64,000 bases of DNA from Spirogloea muscicola (lineage: Eukaryota), in NCBI GenBank assembly GCA_009602725.1, contig WELB01000002.1, positions 194,021-258,020 of the forward strand, given 5' to 3'. Every line of letters begins with the position of its first letter. The first letter of the stretch is position 1. Of this stretch, positions 37,990 through 50,764 are shown piece after piece. A program made the translations under genes and the position numbers. A model generated the notes under the pieces. That model made no database searches and was not told the origin of the DNA. It saw nothing but the letters and a program-made list of their open reading frames with translations.

Positions 37990-39030
37990 CCCTCATCGGC
38001 CCTCCCTGCATCGGCCCTCCCTGCAAGCGACGTGCGTGGCCGTGCTCGGTTGCTGTCGGCCGCCTCCCCCGGCGCGGCAGCCTGGCTCTCCGCGCTCCCA
38101 CTGTATGATGCCCTCCGGATGCTGGACGAGCTGTTCCGTACGGCCACCCATCGTCTGCTGGGCCTCCCTCCGCCCTGCCTGCTGGGCGTGCTGCAGTGCG
38201 AGTGTGGGGAGCGGTCGACGGACCCGGCGGAGCTGGCGGCGCACATCCTCCGCTGCGCCACTGGAGGTGAACGTACAGCGGCTTACGATCTTCTGCGTGA
38301 TGCCATGTTCGGCATCTTCCAGGGAGGCCGGCTACACGGTCGCAATGGAGAACACCTCTATTATGTCCATCATCCAGAGGGCCGACGGACCCCATACGCC
38401 CCGTGTCGACCTGGTGGCGTCCACGCCGGGCGGCGGCGCGCGCATCATCGCCGACGTGGTCACCACCGATATGGTCGACCGCTCGAACCCGGGGCTCTCT
38501 GCCTCGCGGGCCGGCCACGCTGCCACGAAGGCCGCTTGCAGCAAGGCGGCCAAGCACTCCGACCACCCACCTGCTGATGAATTCGTCCCCTTGGCTGTGG
38601 ACGTACACGGGGCTCTCGGGTCCCAGTGGCTTGACCTGCTGGCCAGGCTTGCGCGGCGGGCTGTGTCCCGTCGGCGCGGCGAGCCGGCTGACTTCAACGC
38701 CGCTGGCTGCTGGGCCCAGGTCTACCGGATGAGACTGTCTATATCCCTTCAGCGGTCCATGGCCCACGCTCTGCATCTGCGCGCTGGCCGTGCTCTCGCT
38801 GCGGCCTCCGGCTTTCGTCAGGGGGATTGTTCTCCGGCAGCTAGTCTGTCGGATCTGCGGCTCCTCACTCGTCACTACTGAGTGATCCATCCTCCCCCTG
38901 CTCTACCATAGCCTCTTCAGTCCCCTTTGTAGCTGCTCCACGCTTTTTCGGCCCCTTCGAACCTTTGTCAATTCTTTCTGGGTTGGCTTTTCGCAGCCCT
39001 TGCCCCCATTGGGAGTGCCACTTCTCTTCT
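37990..39030 (+). mobile_element. 5'-truncated CRE-like element (family D)
   Basis: ORFs 37963-38577 and 37970-38881: WLSALP, CECG..HILRC, YDLLRD, RVDL..IADVV, ends SDLRLLTRHY*; UTR ends ..CAGCCCTTGCCCCCATTGGGAGTGCCACTTCTCTT. Confidence 0.88.
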
Positions 39031-39779
39031 CTCCCCCTCAGCCAAAGGCAAAGGCATGGACTGTAGTGTAGTTCTCTTTCGGCACCTCTTTCTTTGGCTT
39101 GGGATATTGTCCATTCTTTTCGGGCTGGCTTTGCCAGCCACTCTTCTTTATGGGCGAGCACTTTGTTGTCCTTAGCCAGCGCGTTACCCAGTCAACAGGA
39201 CATTTGTATTGCAAGAGTTGGCCTCCCATTCAATTTCATGCGCACCGCGCGCCTTCCATTGTCCTTGGGCTGGCTTTGCCAGCCCCTCTTCCCTGTGGGC
39301 GAGCACTTTCTTCTCTCGTGTAGAGTCTGCCCAAGTTCCTCCAATTTTGCCCAATTCCTCCTCGCTCGGGCGAGCACTTCCTCGCTTGAACGCGAGCTCC
39401 TGCATCAACTAGCGTGCAGCGCGACGTCACCAAGGGGCGCAGGCCGACGTCCACGCGGCCGGCTCTCTTGCTCAGGTGTACCGCATGTGCCTGTCAGTAT
39501 TGCTGCTGGATGGAAAACAAACGCGTTGCATCTGTGGCTGCTCATCAGAAGATATCGAGCACCACCAGTGGCCAATTGAGTCGCTGTGCTTTAGCGCTTT
39601 TTCTGGCACCTCCATACTTTCTTCATTTACTTTCTGGCTGGCAAATTACAGCCATCGCTCTTTACTGGAGGTCTTTCTTAAGTTCTAAGAGACTACATTA
39701 TTTTGGTTCGACCTCGGTCGTCCTGGTTTGGAGAACACGAAGCCAAACTTATTACTCGCTTCTCCAGATTGAATAGAAG

Positions 39780-40070
39780 AGATCTTAGCTATGCCGCCAG
39801 TGACTTGCTGCCATGTACATACTTGCAAAGACCCTGGCATGCTTCACCAAGTCCAGCAACTCGTCAAGGTTTGGGCGGAATCAATGTCTTTCTTGGTGGC
39901 CTGGGGCCTCTTAGGCGCCGGAAGTGGCACGCAAGAGTGCCAGTGAGCCGTCCGGTATTGGAGCCTAGAGCTCCACAGAGGTCAGCCGGAGAGTGCATGT
40001 GGTAGCGCCGGTGTCGACGAGGACATGAAAGAAGGGCTTTTGCTGCCTACTGAACATGCACATCACCGAT
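39780..40070 (-). mobile_element. Decayed Ty3/Gypsy-like pol remnant, copy 2
   Basis: KPFFHVLVDTGATTC in ORF 39965-40366, followed by LDELLDLVKHARVFASMYMAASHWRH. Confidence 0.65.
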
Positions 40071-41812
40071 CTGGACACCTTGAAGGCAATCAGGAAAGGC
40101 AACTTCACCGTCGGCCCATTCCCTGCCGTGATGCATCGGAGGCGATGGTGTCGATAGCAAGTCGCGCGGTGCTGTGCATGCCGCCTGCAGGTGGCCCGGC
40201 CAGCAGCAGTCGGAGCATCTCTAACCAGCCGCGACTTCGCGCCAGCGGCTGCATCTGCAGGCGGGGCGAGGAGGCCCTCACAGGGCATGATGCTCTTGCC
40301 AAGCCAGGCGAGCCTCCATGGCGGAAAGCGGAGGGGCAGGCGCCCATCACATTCGCGCCTGTGCATGCCGCAGCAACTATTCTCCCCGCTGGGAGAGGGA
40401 ACTGGTAGAGGGCATGCGTGCTATCCACTTTCCGCCTCTTCTAGACCTTGTCATGCTCTGCGGGGCTGGCCCTTCTTAGGACGTGCCTTTTCAGTGTAGT
40501 CTCTTGCATAGCTGTGTGGCTTTTTGGCGCCTTTCTGCCCTTCGGACCTTCTTCACTCTTTGGGCTGACCTCTCACATGCATGGCCTTACTCTGGATACG
40601 GAAAGACCTGCTCTCTTTTCCAACGCTGCTTCTTCTCCATCACAGGCTCGTCCCCAACAGAAGGGGAAGCGCGGCACGGGGAGGATGCATTGGGCTCCGC
40701 GCGAGCGCCTGCGAGGGCCGCCTCGACAGGCCCCACTGCCGCGGCTCTAACGATCGTCCTGGCCTGTGACAGCCTTGCCCAGCCTTGCCTCGCCCACACC
40801 TTCGCCGCGATAGCCGACAGCCTCCTCAACCCCCACAGCAGACATTCAGTCAGCGAGGCAGCATGCGCGCCTCAGCGTCTCAGCGTCTCTCTTGACTCGC
40901 TAGCGCAGTCACATCGCATGCGCCTGATCATATTCCTCCAGCGGTCCATGGTCCACGCCTTGCAGCTGCGTGCTGGCCATGCTCCAGCTGCAGCCTCTCG
41001 CTTTTGTCAAGGGACTGCTTCCGTCGGCTACTTCTTCTGACTTGCGGCTGCTGAGGAGTAATTCGATAAGTGATTATGCATGGTACGTGCTTGTGTCTGG
41101 TGTTTCAGCAATCTTTGGCCCCTATTCTTTTCGGGCTGGCTTTTCACATGCTGACTTAATTATGTGCTTCAGCAGATTGTCAGCCACGTCGGACCTTGTC
41201 AATCCATTCCGTGCTGGCCCCCTTTGGAAGAGCTGACTTCTATCTTGAGATTGAACCATATCTCCTCTCCTCGTATCTCCTCTTTGTTAGTCTGCTCTTG
41301 CCTTATTCACTTTCTGTACCAAAAAGCATTCACAAGCGGTCAGTACTATATGCCATACTTTCACTCTAAACGACCTGTGACGACCTGAAGTTAAGTTTTT
41401 TCATCATAGCTGTTTTGCCACCACTGCAGGACGGATAAAGCTCAATTGCACTTCGCTGACAACAATGTTACTGGGACGCTGATGGGACGCTGCCCAGCCT
41501 AAGAGGCTGGCCACCTCTCAACTCCCATTCTTCCATCACACCCTTACTTTCTCTCCTGCTCTACCTCAAGCTTTTCTTTATTCTCTGTCCCCTTTCTCCC
41601 TGATCAAGCTCGCCAATCACTCTCTCCTCTGGCCCTTCCTCTCCTCGCACTATCACCCTTTCAGTCGTGCTACATACCCAACACCAAGGTCAGACGGGCA
41701 GATGAAGTGACGGCGCAGTGCACCAAGTCTCGACCTCCAGGAGTCCCATGTGAGGCATTGGTATGGACCAGCAGCCGAGAGAGGGATGTGCAAGAAGTGA
41801 AATAGATCTGAA

Positions 41813-44800
41813 TCACTCGGTGGCAACGACTGATTTGGAAACGTCAACCCAGCACCAAATGCTCCGAGACTCTGGATCATCTCAACCACGTCTTCCATTG
41901 TTGGCCTCCTGTTTGGTATCTCGGAGCAGCAAATTAGCCCCAATCTCAAAGCGCCCCGGAATTCGTCCACTTTCTGGGGGACGAATGGAACTAGCGCCTA
42001 TCAACGCACTCCAAAGGCTTCTCATGACGAAGGCAGGATCGCACCCATGAAATCACATTGCCACCGATTGCAACTTCGGTTTGAAAGAAAGGGTCAACAG
42101 GCCGTTTGCCAGTGACAGTCTCGAGAAGCATCACTCCAAAACTGTAGACATCGCTGTATGTAGTCAGTTGGCCTAGGGCGCAGTCTGGACCGATGTACCC
42201 GACTGTACCTGCCCATGTGCACCATCGTGAGGCGTCATGAGTTGCAGGAAAGATGACCCATAATCATTGCCAGGCAGTCTGAGGTGCCTCTACCAGCATG
42301 TAACCACACATCCTTCTTGCACGATGCAAGAGAGGCCTACGATACAGCTCAATGGACAGTGGAGGGCATTGGAATTACCCGCAGTCATAGTTGACACGTG
42401 CGTATCATGTGCCTGAAAGTTCCGCGCAAGCCCAAAATCCGCCACGTACCCTTGACCTTGTTCATCCAACAAGGTGTTGCTCGTCTTGACGTCCCTATGC
42501 AGCACCGGAGGTACGCACTCGTGATGCAGGTACTTAAGCCCAACTGCTGTACCCAACATGACCTTCTTACGTGCAGCCCAGTGATCAAACACTTCTGGCT
42601 TCGGAGGCACGCCATCTCCCCCGTGCACTAGTTGGTCAAGATTACCGCCAGGCAAGAATGGATAGATGAGCAGCATGTCCACGTTGCTGTCCTTGAGGAT
42701 GTACCAGCCCCGTAGAGGAACCAAATTGCGGTGATGGATGCGACTCAATACCTCCACCTCAGCTTTCACCGATCTAAGTCCTTGCTCGTTCTCTGGCGCT
42801 AGCTTCTTCACTGCATACTTTTGCCCGTCCTTCATCTGCGCACTGCTCAGCATATTGCATCGTCGTGAAACTTTGCCATAGGATTTGAAGAGCCATAGGT
42901 TTGAAAAATCTACCGGGACAACAAGCACCAAAATTAGATATTGCAGCAGGGCAATGTTTCTTCTAATGTACGTACCCATAGACTTCCCCGAAGCCGCCTC
43001 TGCCCACAATGTATTTTTTGTTGAAATTATCAATTGCAACCAAAAGCTCCTCGTAGGTGAAGGGAGCTTGGAGTCTATCCTGAGTGATGGACAACTCGGA
43101 ACAGAAGCTCTCAATGCTCCGCTCCTTCTCTGTCATAGTTTTGTCCTTCTTCCGAGCTAAGCAACACAGCCGGAGCAGTCCTAGCAACAGGAGGAGAAGG
43201 ACACCAAGAGCCCCAACAACAATACCGGCAATGGCCCCCCTGATAAGCTCGACGACTTGTGCTCCGGAGGTGATGGGGAAGGAGGAAGAGAACGAGGGGG
43301 AGGAGCGGTCTTGCAGGCCACATAAGGGCCGCCACACAAGGCGGCATTGCCAGAGAAGGAGCTGCTGCCATACTGACCAATAGAACCGCCAGGAATGGGC
43401 CCACTGAGGTTGTTATTTGAGATGTTGAAGAAGTCAGTAAGACTCAAATTAGCAAAGGATGCCGGGATGCTGCCATTGAGATTGTTGTTTGAAAGATCAA
43501 GATAGGTGAGACTCGGCAAGTTGCCAATACGCTCTGGTATAGGCCCGCTGAATGAGTTGCTTGCAGCCGAAAATTCAATGAGCTTGCTTAATTCTCCAAT
43601 TTCCGTGGGGGAGACTGCCAGTTAGGCGGTTGTTGGAGATGTCAAGATATTGAACGTTTTGCAGACTTCGAATGCTCGCAGGTACTCCTCCGGTCAAGCT
43701 GTTATGACCAAGGTAAATAGTTAATGCACTGCTGAGGTTGCCAAGCCACTCTGGGAGTGGGCCAGAGAAGAAGTTACTTTCCATCACCAGCACTTGCAAG
43801 TTCTCCAGGTTGGAGAAGGTTGTTGGGATTGTTCCAGAGAAGTTGCTCAACCAGCAAGCCATAGCTGGTTGAGCAGCACAAGTCTCCCCAACTGAGGCGG
43901 CGGGTGGCCACTTAACCTGCCAATGCGTACAAGTGAGCCGCTAGTAACGCCGGCTGTGGCCCTTCTGCAATTTATGTACCTGCTGACATGGTAACTCAGG
44001 CAAGCTACGGCCCCGATGAAGACGCAGTCCTAGCTCAGCACCTGTTGTAGCTCAGGTCCAGGTTGACCATTGCCCTGCAGTTAGCAAGCTCTGGTGGCAC
44101 TCCACCCTCCAAGCTGAAACCAAACGAGCATTTGATAGTGGGTGATCTGATACCTGCAAGGTCGACCTCATACAAAGCACAGACTGAAAGAGCACACCAA
44201 ATCTAGTTGGCTTGACACTGCAGGTGTGATGAGAATCAATATGCAATCTCAAAAATCTACAGTCACATGCTGTAGTATGCTGCAGAACTGTTAGACCTTT
44301 TGCTTCTATCACCTGTTGTTGCTTGCCTGGAAGGTGAGGAGATTAGACAGCTCCCCAAGCTCTGGCAGTACTCCTCCAAGAAGCCTGCCATATTGATATA
44401 CAGAGTGCCACCTCATGAGCTATTAGGGTTGTTGTCGGACTTAGTGTGGACAATTATGATCTTGGAATGCTACACCCAGAGTGAAATATTCTAGAGCCAC
44501 ATACACATGCCTTGACCTGAGAAACTGGAGTCTTGCAAGTCACTCAAGCAATTGACATAGGCGGCAAAGGAACCCCTTACAGGTTGGAGCCCAGGCTGAG
44601 GTACAGGAGCTTTTTGCACTTGCTTAGCTGCTTCGGTATGCGGCCCAATAATCTGTGATCAGAACAGGAGAAAGGGCTCTCAAACGTTGCCATGGCAGCT
44701 TACTATGACGACATTGTGACCTCACTTCATGGGAGGTAGCATGCGAACAGTCATCAATGCCGTCATTTTATCTGACAACAAGGAGTGATGCCCACTTGTT

Positions 44801-45529
44801 GGAATTCAAGAAGAGATGTGACAGATTAGCCAAGTTGCCATATGATGGAGGGATGGGCCCACTGAGACTGCGGAAAAGGTATTAGAGACTGTGAGCAGCA
44901 TCCTCACAGGTCCCACAAGCACGGACGAAGGGGTATAAAGTACAGTAACTCAGCAGAGTCAGCAGAGCCCAAGTGATTGTGATAGACTTCTACTACTGCA
45001 GAACCAGAGAGTGATTCACAACGTGTCTGTCTTATTAGTCTCCTTGCCAAAAGCACGAATACATGGGGTATCAATAAAACACTTCGGCAGAGCCCGACTG
45101 TTTGTGACAGACTTCTACTACTGCAGGCTTAAACTAGTGAAAGACAACGTGTCTATTTAGATAGATTACACTGCACACACGAGGCAGTCACATGCCAAAT
45201 AAGTTGGACACTGACATGAGGAGTACCTGTTGCTCTGGAGGTCAAGCGAGCCAAGTGACCTACAGTAACTGAGCTCGGGGGGGAGGCTACCTGTTAAGCT
45301 GCGCAAGAAGGCTACCTGTTAAGCTGCGCAAGAGACCGTGCAAAGGCATGGCCGCTTACAAGTCCGTCGGAGGTCCTGTGACTCCTTGGTTAGATGCCTC
45401 AGGTGCACATGCTAGTGTTACGTCCAACCTTAAATTGCAAGTCTGACTTGAATAGTTTCTGTAGTCTGTCAATCAGCAGAGCTTAACATACCTGTTATTG
45501 CTTGCCAAGAAGGAGTACATGCTGGTAAG
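41813..45529 (-). pseudogene. LRR-RLK paralog D, 5' part replaced by retroelements
   Basis: Kinase exons (~41813-42207, ~42379-42842; HRDVKTSN, DFGLAR), large exon ~42975-43915, five single-LRR exons and a sixth cut at 45529. In-frame TGA at ~43848; 1-bp indels at ~43605, ~43238, ~41998 and ~41835. Confidence 0.9.
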
Positions 45530-48500
45530 CGCAAAGGGAAGAAGGGAGGCAACCTGGTGCCAGCAATCGAGAAAGGCTGCCTGCGCCGTCTGTTCAAGTG
45601 ACCGGCAGCCCAGGCCGCCCATTCGTGTGGGAAGGGATGCCTGCAGGGAGGATGAAGGTGAGGGGAAGGATGGGTGTTGAATCAGGGAAGCCAGGGTTTG
45701 CCGGAGGGAGGTGTCGAACTCCTTGTACAGCTCGCCCACCATGTCCGTTGGGGCAACCGTTCGCTGCAGGTAGCCAGCTCGTTGGCCGATGCAGCGAGTA
45801 AGGATGGCCAGCGCCAGCTGCGGATCTCCGAGGAGGGGAAGGGAGGGAAGGGGGGCAAGGTGTTGCTGAAGACGTTCAAGTAAGTCCTCCGCAACGTGGG
45901 ATGGAGTGCCAAGGGGAACTTTGAGAACAGCCAGCCCATCGGCAGGGGTCTGGCAGCCTGGTGGGAGCTGGAGGTTGGTGGGGAGGCAGTGTGGTGACCA
46001 TGCCACGTTCTTGGTGGGGCAAACCCGCAGGCCCAATGTGCTCAGTTCGTGTACGAGCAAGGGATAAGCCGCCATGACTTCTGACGGTGGGCCGACGATA
46101 TGTGTGTCGTCTGCGTAGGAGGGGAAGAGGAGGTTGGGGTGCAGGCTTCGGGTGCGCCGTAGTGCTCGGGAATGTGCCAAGGCGAAAAGTATGGGGCTGA
46201 GGGAATCTCCCTGGCGTGTGCCAGTTGTGGACCATAAGGTCGTCCAAGACTCCTCCGAACGCCACAGCAGCCGCCCTGGCCGGCCATAGGCCATGAGGAA
46301 ACAGGGAATTAAGGAGGGGAAGTGATCACGCAACTCCTCCATGATGGCGTTGCGCTCCACAGTGTTGAATGCATTGGCTATGTCCAATCCAAGGACCATG
46401 TGTGATGGGTTGACATCCAGCGCTGCGCGGATCCCGTGGACGAGGGCCTCTGCCCCGCAGGACATGCCAGCACCAAATTGGTGGGGTGCAAAATGGGTGG
46501 ACAGCTGGGACTTTAGCTCGCCGCACAAAGCCTTGGTCACCAGCCGCATTATTACGTCCGTCATGGCGATGGGCCTGACACCACCTGACAGCTTGGCCAG
46601 GGCCAGCAGGTGGCTGAAGTTGAGAGCGTCGGCGATGCGGGGGGGGATGGTGGCTCTGGTGATGTGCCGGCAGGTGGAGAGGAGCAGAGAGAAGCTTCTT
46701 TCGTCTCCATTTTGGAAGATGTCCCGTAGGTGCTCGAAGAGCCATCCAGAAGGGCCTCCAGACACCATTCGGGGGCTTTGGTGTGGGGGCGAGGCCGTCG
46801 TCCACGGGGTCCGTGCAACCTTGGACCAGCACCCGGGCTGGCTGGTGCTTGCCGTCGACGTGGCAAACGCCTTCAACACCGTGGAGCGCGCCTGCATTGC
46901 GGAGGAGCTCCGGGCCTCCTTCCCCTCCCTGGTCCCCTTTTTCCGCTTGGGGTACGGTCAGCCCAGCGACCTCCTCTGGCGGACAGGGGGTGATCAGGTG
47001 GAGGTCCTGCAGTCCCGCTCGGGCACGCGGCAAGGGGACCCCCTCGCCGGCTTCTTCTTTGCGCTCGCGCACAACCGGGCTCTGCAGGCTACCGCAGCGG
47101 CCCACCCAGGCGTCCTACTCCCCACGTTCGCGGACGACACCACCATAGTCGGCCCTCCGGAAGACGTGGCGGCGGCCTTCGTCACTTTCAAGCTGCAGCT
47201 GGCCACCCTCGGCCTGTCCACCCGGGCGTCGAAGTGCACGGCTTGGTCTCCCTGCCCTTTCCCACCGACCCTGACGCTGCCCAGCGGATGCCAGACTCCA
47301 GCAGATGGCTTCACCCTGCTGGGGGTCCCCATCGGCACGCCGTCCTTCGTGGAGGGGCAGCTGCGAGCCCGCCTTGCGGAGCACCTTCTGCCTGCGGCCC
47401 GGCTTCCCGAGCTGGACGATATGCAGCTGTCATTGGCCATGTTGACCAAGGCTATCGGGCAGCGGCCCCAGTACTTGACGCGGGCCACCCCGCCGTCCCC
47501 AGAGGCGTTGGCGGTGTACAAGGACTTCGACGCAGGCATGGTGGCGAGCTTGGCGGCCCTGGTCCGCCACCCGGGCTTCCTACAGTCGCCAGCCGCTATC
47601 CACCAGGCGGCGCTACCCCTCAGCCACGGGGGTCTCGGCCTGCGCCCGCTCGTCCGTTCGTGCCGGGCTGCGTACCTCGGCAGCTGGGCGCAGGCTGCCG
47701 CCTCCGTGGCCCAGCGCTTCATGGTCCACGGCCGGCGTGCACTGGAGCAGGCGGTGGTGGAGGTCGACACGGGCGCGCTGCCGTTCCAGGAGTCGCTTCG
47801 CTCCGCCCACCAGGAGCTGCTCGCGGCGCACCCGGACCTGGCGGGCCAGGCGGTCTCCTTTGCGCACCTCGCGCACACCGCTGACCTGCGCGTCCAAGCG
47901 CGCTTCGCGGCCGTGGTGGACAAGGCCGCCTACACCACCGCCGTGCTGCAGCTCCCCGAGGCCGACCTGCGCGGGCGCGCGAGACTCCACTCGGCCTCTT
48001 CCCCGGGAGCAGCGGCGTGGCTCCAGGCCCTCCCACTCAACGACGCCCTCGCCCTCCCGGACGAGGTCTTCCGGAGCGCCGTCCACAGGCTCCTCGGCCT
48101 GCTGCCGCCATGCCTCCAGGGCGTCCGTCAATGTGAGTGCGGTGAGCGCGGGGCCGAGCAGGGGAGCTGGCTGCGCACGTTCTGCGCTGCTCGCACGGCG
48201 GCGAGCGGACAGCGGCCCATGACCGCCTCCGGGACGCCATGCATGGCATCCTGGTGGAGGCGGGCTTCTCCGTGGCTGCGGAGCACTCCGGCGTCATGCC
48301 GCTCCAGGACAGGGCCGACGGTCTCCACGCCCGTCGTGTTGACCTGGTGGCCACCCCTCAAGCTGGTGGGCCACATCTCCTCCTGGACGTGGTGACTACC
48401 GACGCATTCGACCGCTCCCACCCAGCCCAGTGTGCCACCAAGGCTGGGTACGCGGTCGCCTGCGCCGCTCGGGCAAAAGAACTGAAGTACGCTGACCATC

Positions 48501-49700
48501 CGCCGGCCGACGAGTTCTTCCCGCTGGCAATCCACACACACGGGGCGTTGGGTGCTCGGTGGCTCGAACTGCTCCACCAGCTTGCCCGTCACGCCGTCGC
48601 TCGCCGCTTCCATGGGGAGCCGGTGGACTTTCCTGCAGCCGGGTCGCTCGCCCAGGTGTATCGCATGCGCCTGGCCGTCTCGCTGCAGAGGTCAATGGCC
48701 CGTGTGCTGCACCTGCGTGCCGGCCGAGCCCTCGCTGCTGCCTCTGGCTCTGGCCAGGGGACGTCCTTCCAGGAACATAGCCTCTCTGACCTGCGACTGC
48801 TTAGCAGGGGTTACTGAGTAGTTAGTCGCTGCTTTGTTTCTTCTTGTGTGCTTCTTTCTTAGTGCTTCGCCTTAGTGCTTCGCCTGGCCCCCTTCTTCTT
48901 GGGCTTCTTGTACTCTGCTCATTCTTTTTTGGGCTGGCTGTTCCAGCCCCTATCCTCAATGGGCGAGCTCTTTCTTTGGTGAGGGCCGTGCGGAGCGCAT
49001 CTGCTGAAAGTCCAAGAGGAGTGGGGAGCTCGCCAACCCAGGGCTCAAGAGGGTGCTGAGAAGGAGGATGCAGCTGGCGCAGGGTGGCCTCAGTGGCATC
49101 ATTGTTTTCTGCCAAGGGGTCGGGGCAGAGGGCCTGAGCAGCGCGAGAGAGCTCTCCTGCTCTGCCAAAACGTCTTGCACGCGCTAGGTTGCCAATCATG
49201 GACTGTTGAGAGGGCTGGTTGCGGGTGCCACGTGCACGTCATTCTGAGAGCGCGACCCGAGCGGCTGCTGCACGCTGCCGGGCCAGCTCCTCCCACTTGC
49301 CGCTGGCGAAGCGAGCCAATCTGTCCTGAAGGCATTTGCGGCCACCAACGCCAAAGGAGGGAAGAGGGCCAAGCACGAGCTTGGGAAAGAGCAGATACAG
49401 CGCCCAGGCCGCCTCGTCCAGAGGGTCAGCTTCCACGCGTGAGAGGATGGGCGTCAGCTCCTTGCAGCACCCAGGTCGTGCCCATTTCGGAGTGTGGCGT
49501 AGGTTGTGGAGCCCGTCGGGGATGAGGAGGGGAAGGAGGTCCACTGTTGCTGCCCAATGCCAGCTCTCGGGAGAGGGAGGTGGTGGAGGACGGGCTGAGC
49601 CCGGCAGGTGGGACGTTGCTGCCTGCTGTTCTCGATTCTGGTGATCACGGCAGTGTCGAGCATGAGATGGCAACCCTGTCGAGCATGAGATGGCAACCCT
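45530..49700 (-). mobile_element. Family-A CRE-like element (N-terminal region and RT), 3'-deleted and interrupted by a family-B element
   Basis: 49700-48982 encodes ..GELSRAAQAL..LRQLHPP..LRTALTK. 46775-45530 continues MVSGGPSGW..VRPIA..HQFG..DIANAFN..GTRQGDSL..YADD..GGLG; its last part is near-identical to 16448-16860. Confidence 0.9.
46784..48973 (+). mobile_element. 5'-truncated family-B CRE-like element with 8-bp TSD
   Basis: DVANAFN, GTRQGDPL, FADD, LGVPIG, GGLG, CECG, one frameshift at ~48160, endonuclease region ending SDLRLLSRGY* (48817), 3' stem-loop 48931-48949. CTTTGGTG at 46776-46783 and 48974-48981. Confidence 0.93.
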
Positions 49701-50764
49701 CTTCTGTTAGAGAAAGCGGCTGCTGATATGAAAGAATCGGCTGTGAAATGCCAGCCAGATGTTTTTGAAACCGCGCTGGCAGCCCTGACAGGGGACCCGC
49801 GTGCCTGGGGCCTCGCCGAGGCCAGCGTGGGCTGGCCGCTGTTGAGAAGAGCGGCCCTGCCGACGACGACCGAGTCCAGGGCGGCTTCCAGTTTGATGAC
49901 AGCTTTCCACAACCCGCGCAGGCGGCGGCGGAGGTAGAGGTAACAGAGGAGGTAGAGGAAGCAACGGTGGCGGCTCCGGAGCCGGCACTGGGGGATGAAC
50001 TGGAGAGTGCAAGGGTGGAGCTGGGGGGGGAGAGGGACGGAGCAGAGCCAACAAACTCAAAGGCCGCCAGGTGGGGGAATCACTTGATCGTGGTGGGCTG
50101 ACGACAATGCCAACTCGCGGGTCCATGTTCGGAGTCTCGGAGTCTGCATCCGAGGTGGCCGAGCTTGTATGTGCTGGGCTTGCTCGACAGGCGCAGACAC
50201 TCCGACGCCAAGGAACTCGGGCTCCGGTGTCGACGTTGATGTCGTGGTCGCCACAGGCGTGAGCACAATCTGAGGGCTGCGACCCTCGCTCGCGGCGGCC
50301 TCCGCACTCGCTGGAGCAGGGGGAGGGAGAGGAGCTGAGGGGCCGCTGGGAGGATGGGCAGGGTGGCCCCTGACGCAGTGGCGGCCCTCGACGCAGCAGT
50401 CGTGCTGCGGGTGCCGTAAGAGCGAGCGGCGCGCCGAAGCGAAGAGCTGCGCGAGCCGCCACGGCTCTTAGCAGCCCCCAGCATGGCGTCGGGGCCGGCG
50501 GGGGCGCTGGCGCACGCGGGTCAGCGGGCAGCGGACGGCGCTTGCGGCGGCAGCCGCGGACGGCGGCGGGGAGGGGAGCCGTTGGGCGGGAGGCGCCTCG
50601 ACAGGCCCCACTGCCGCGGCTGTAACTATCGCCCTGGCCTGCGACAGCCCTTGCCTCGCCCACAACTCCGCCGCAATAATCGACAGCCTCCTCAACCCCC
50701 ACAGCTGTCATCCAGTCTGTGAGGCAGCATGCGCGCCCTAGCCTCTCTCTTGAGTCGCTAGCGC

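Noticed and set aside
46341..46783. N-terminus of the 684-aa ORF (and of the 474-aa opposite ORF) as a novel domain or bidirectional gene
   Set aside because: It is antisense read-through across the junction of two nested elements.
45473..48817. RT next to variable LRR genes as a diversity-generating retroelement
   Set aside because: The RTs are truncated non-LTR retrotransposon ORFs with CCHC/endonuclease domains and TSDs. No template/variable repeat pair or adenine-specific variation was seen, and duplicated exons retain their introns, so the duplications are DNA-level.
48931..48949. GGGCTGG/CCAGCCC hairpins as intrinsic terminators or MITE terminal inverted repeats
   Set aside because: They sit at a fixed position in retroelement 3' UTRs, with the T-run upstream rather than downstream, and do not flank elements as terminal repeats.
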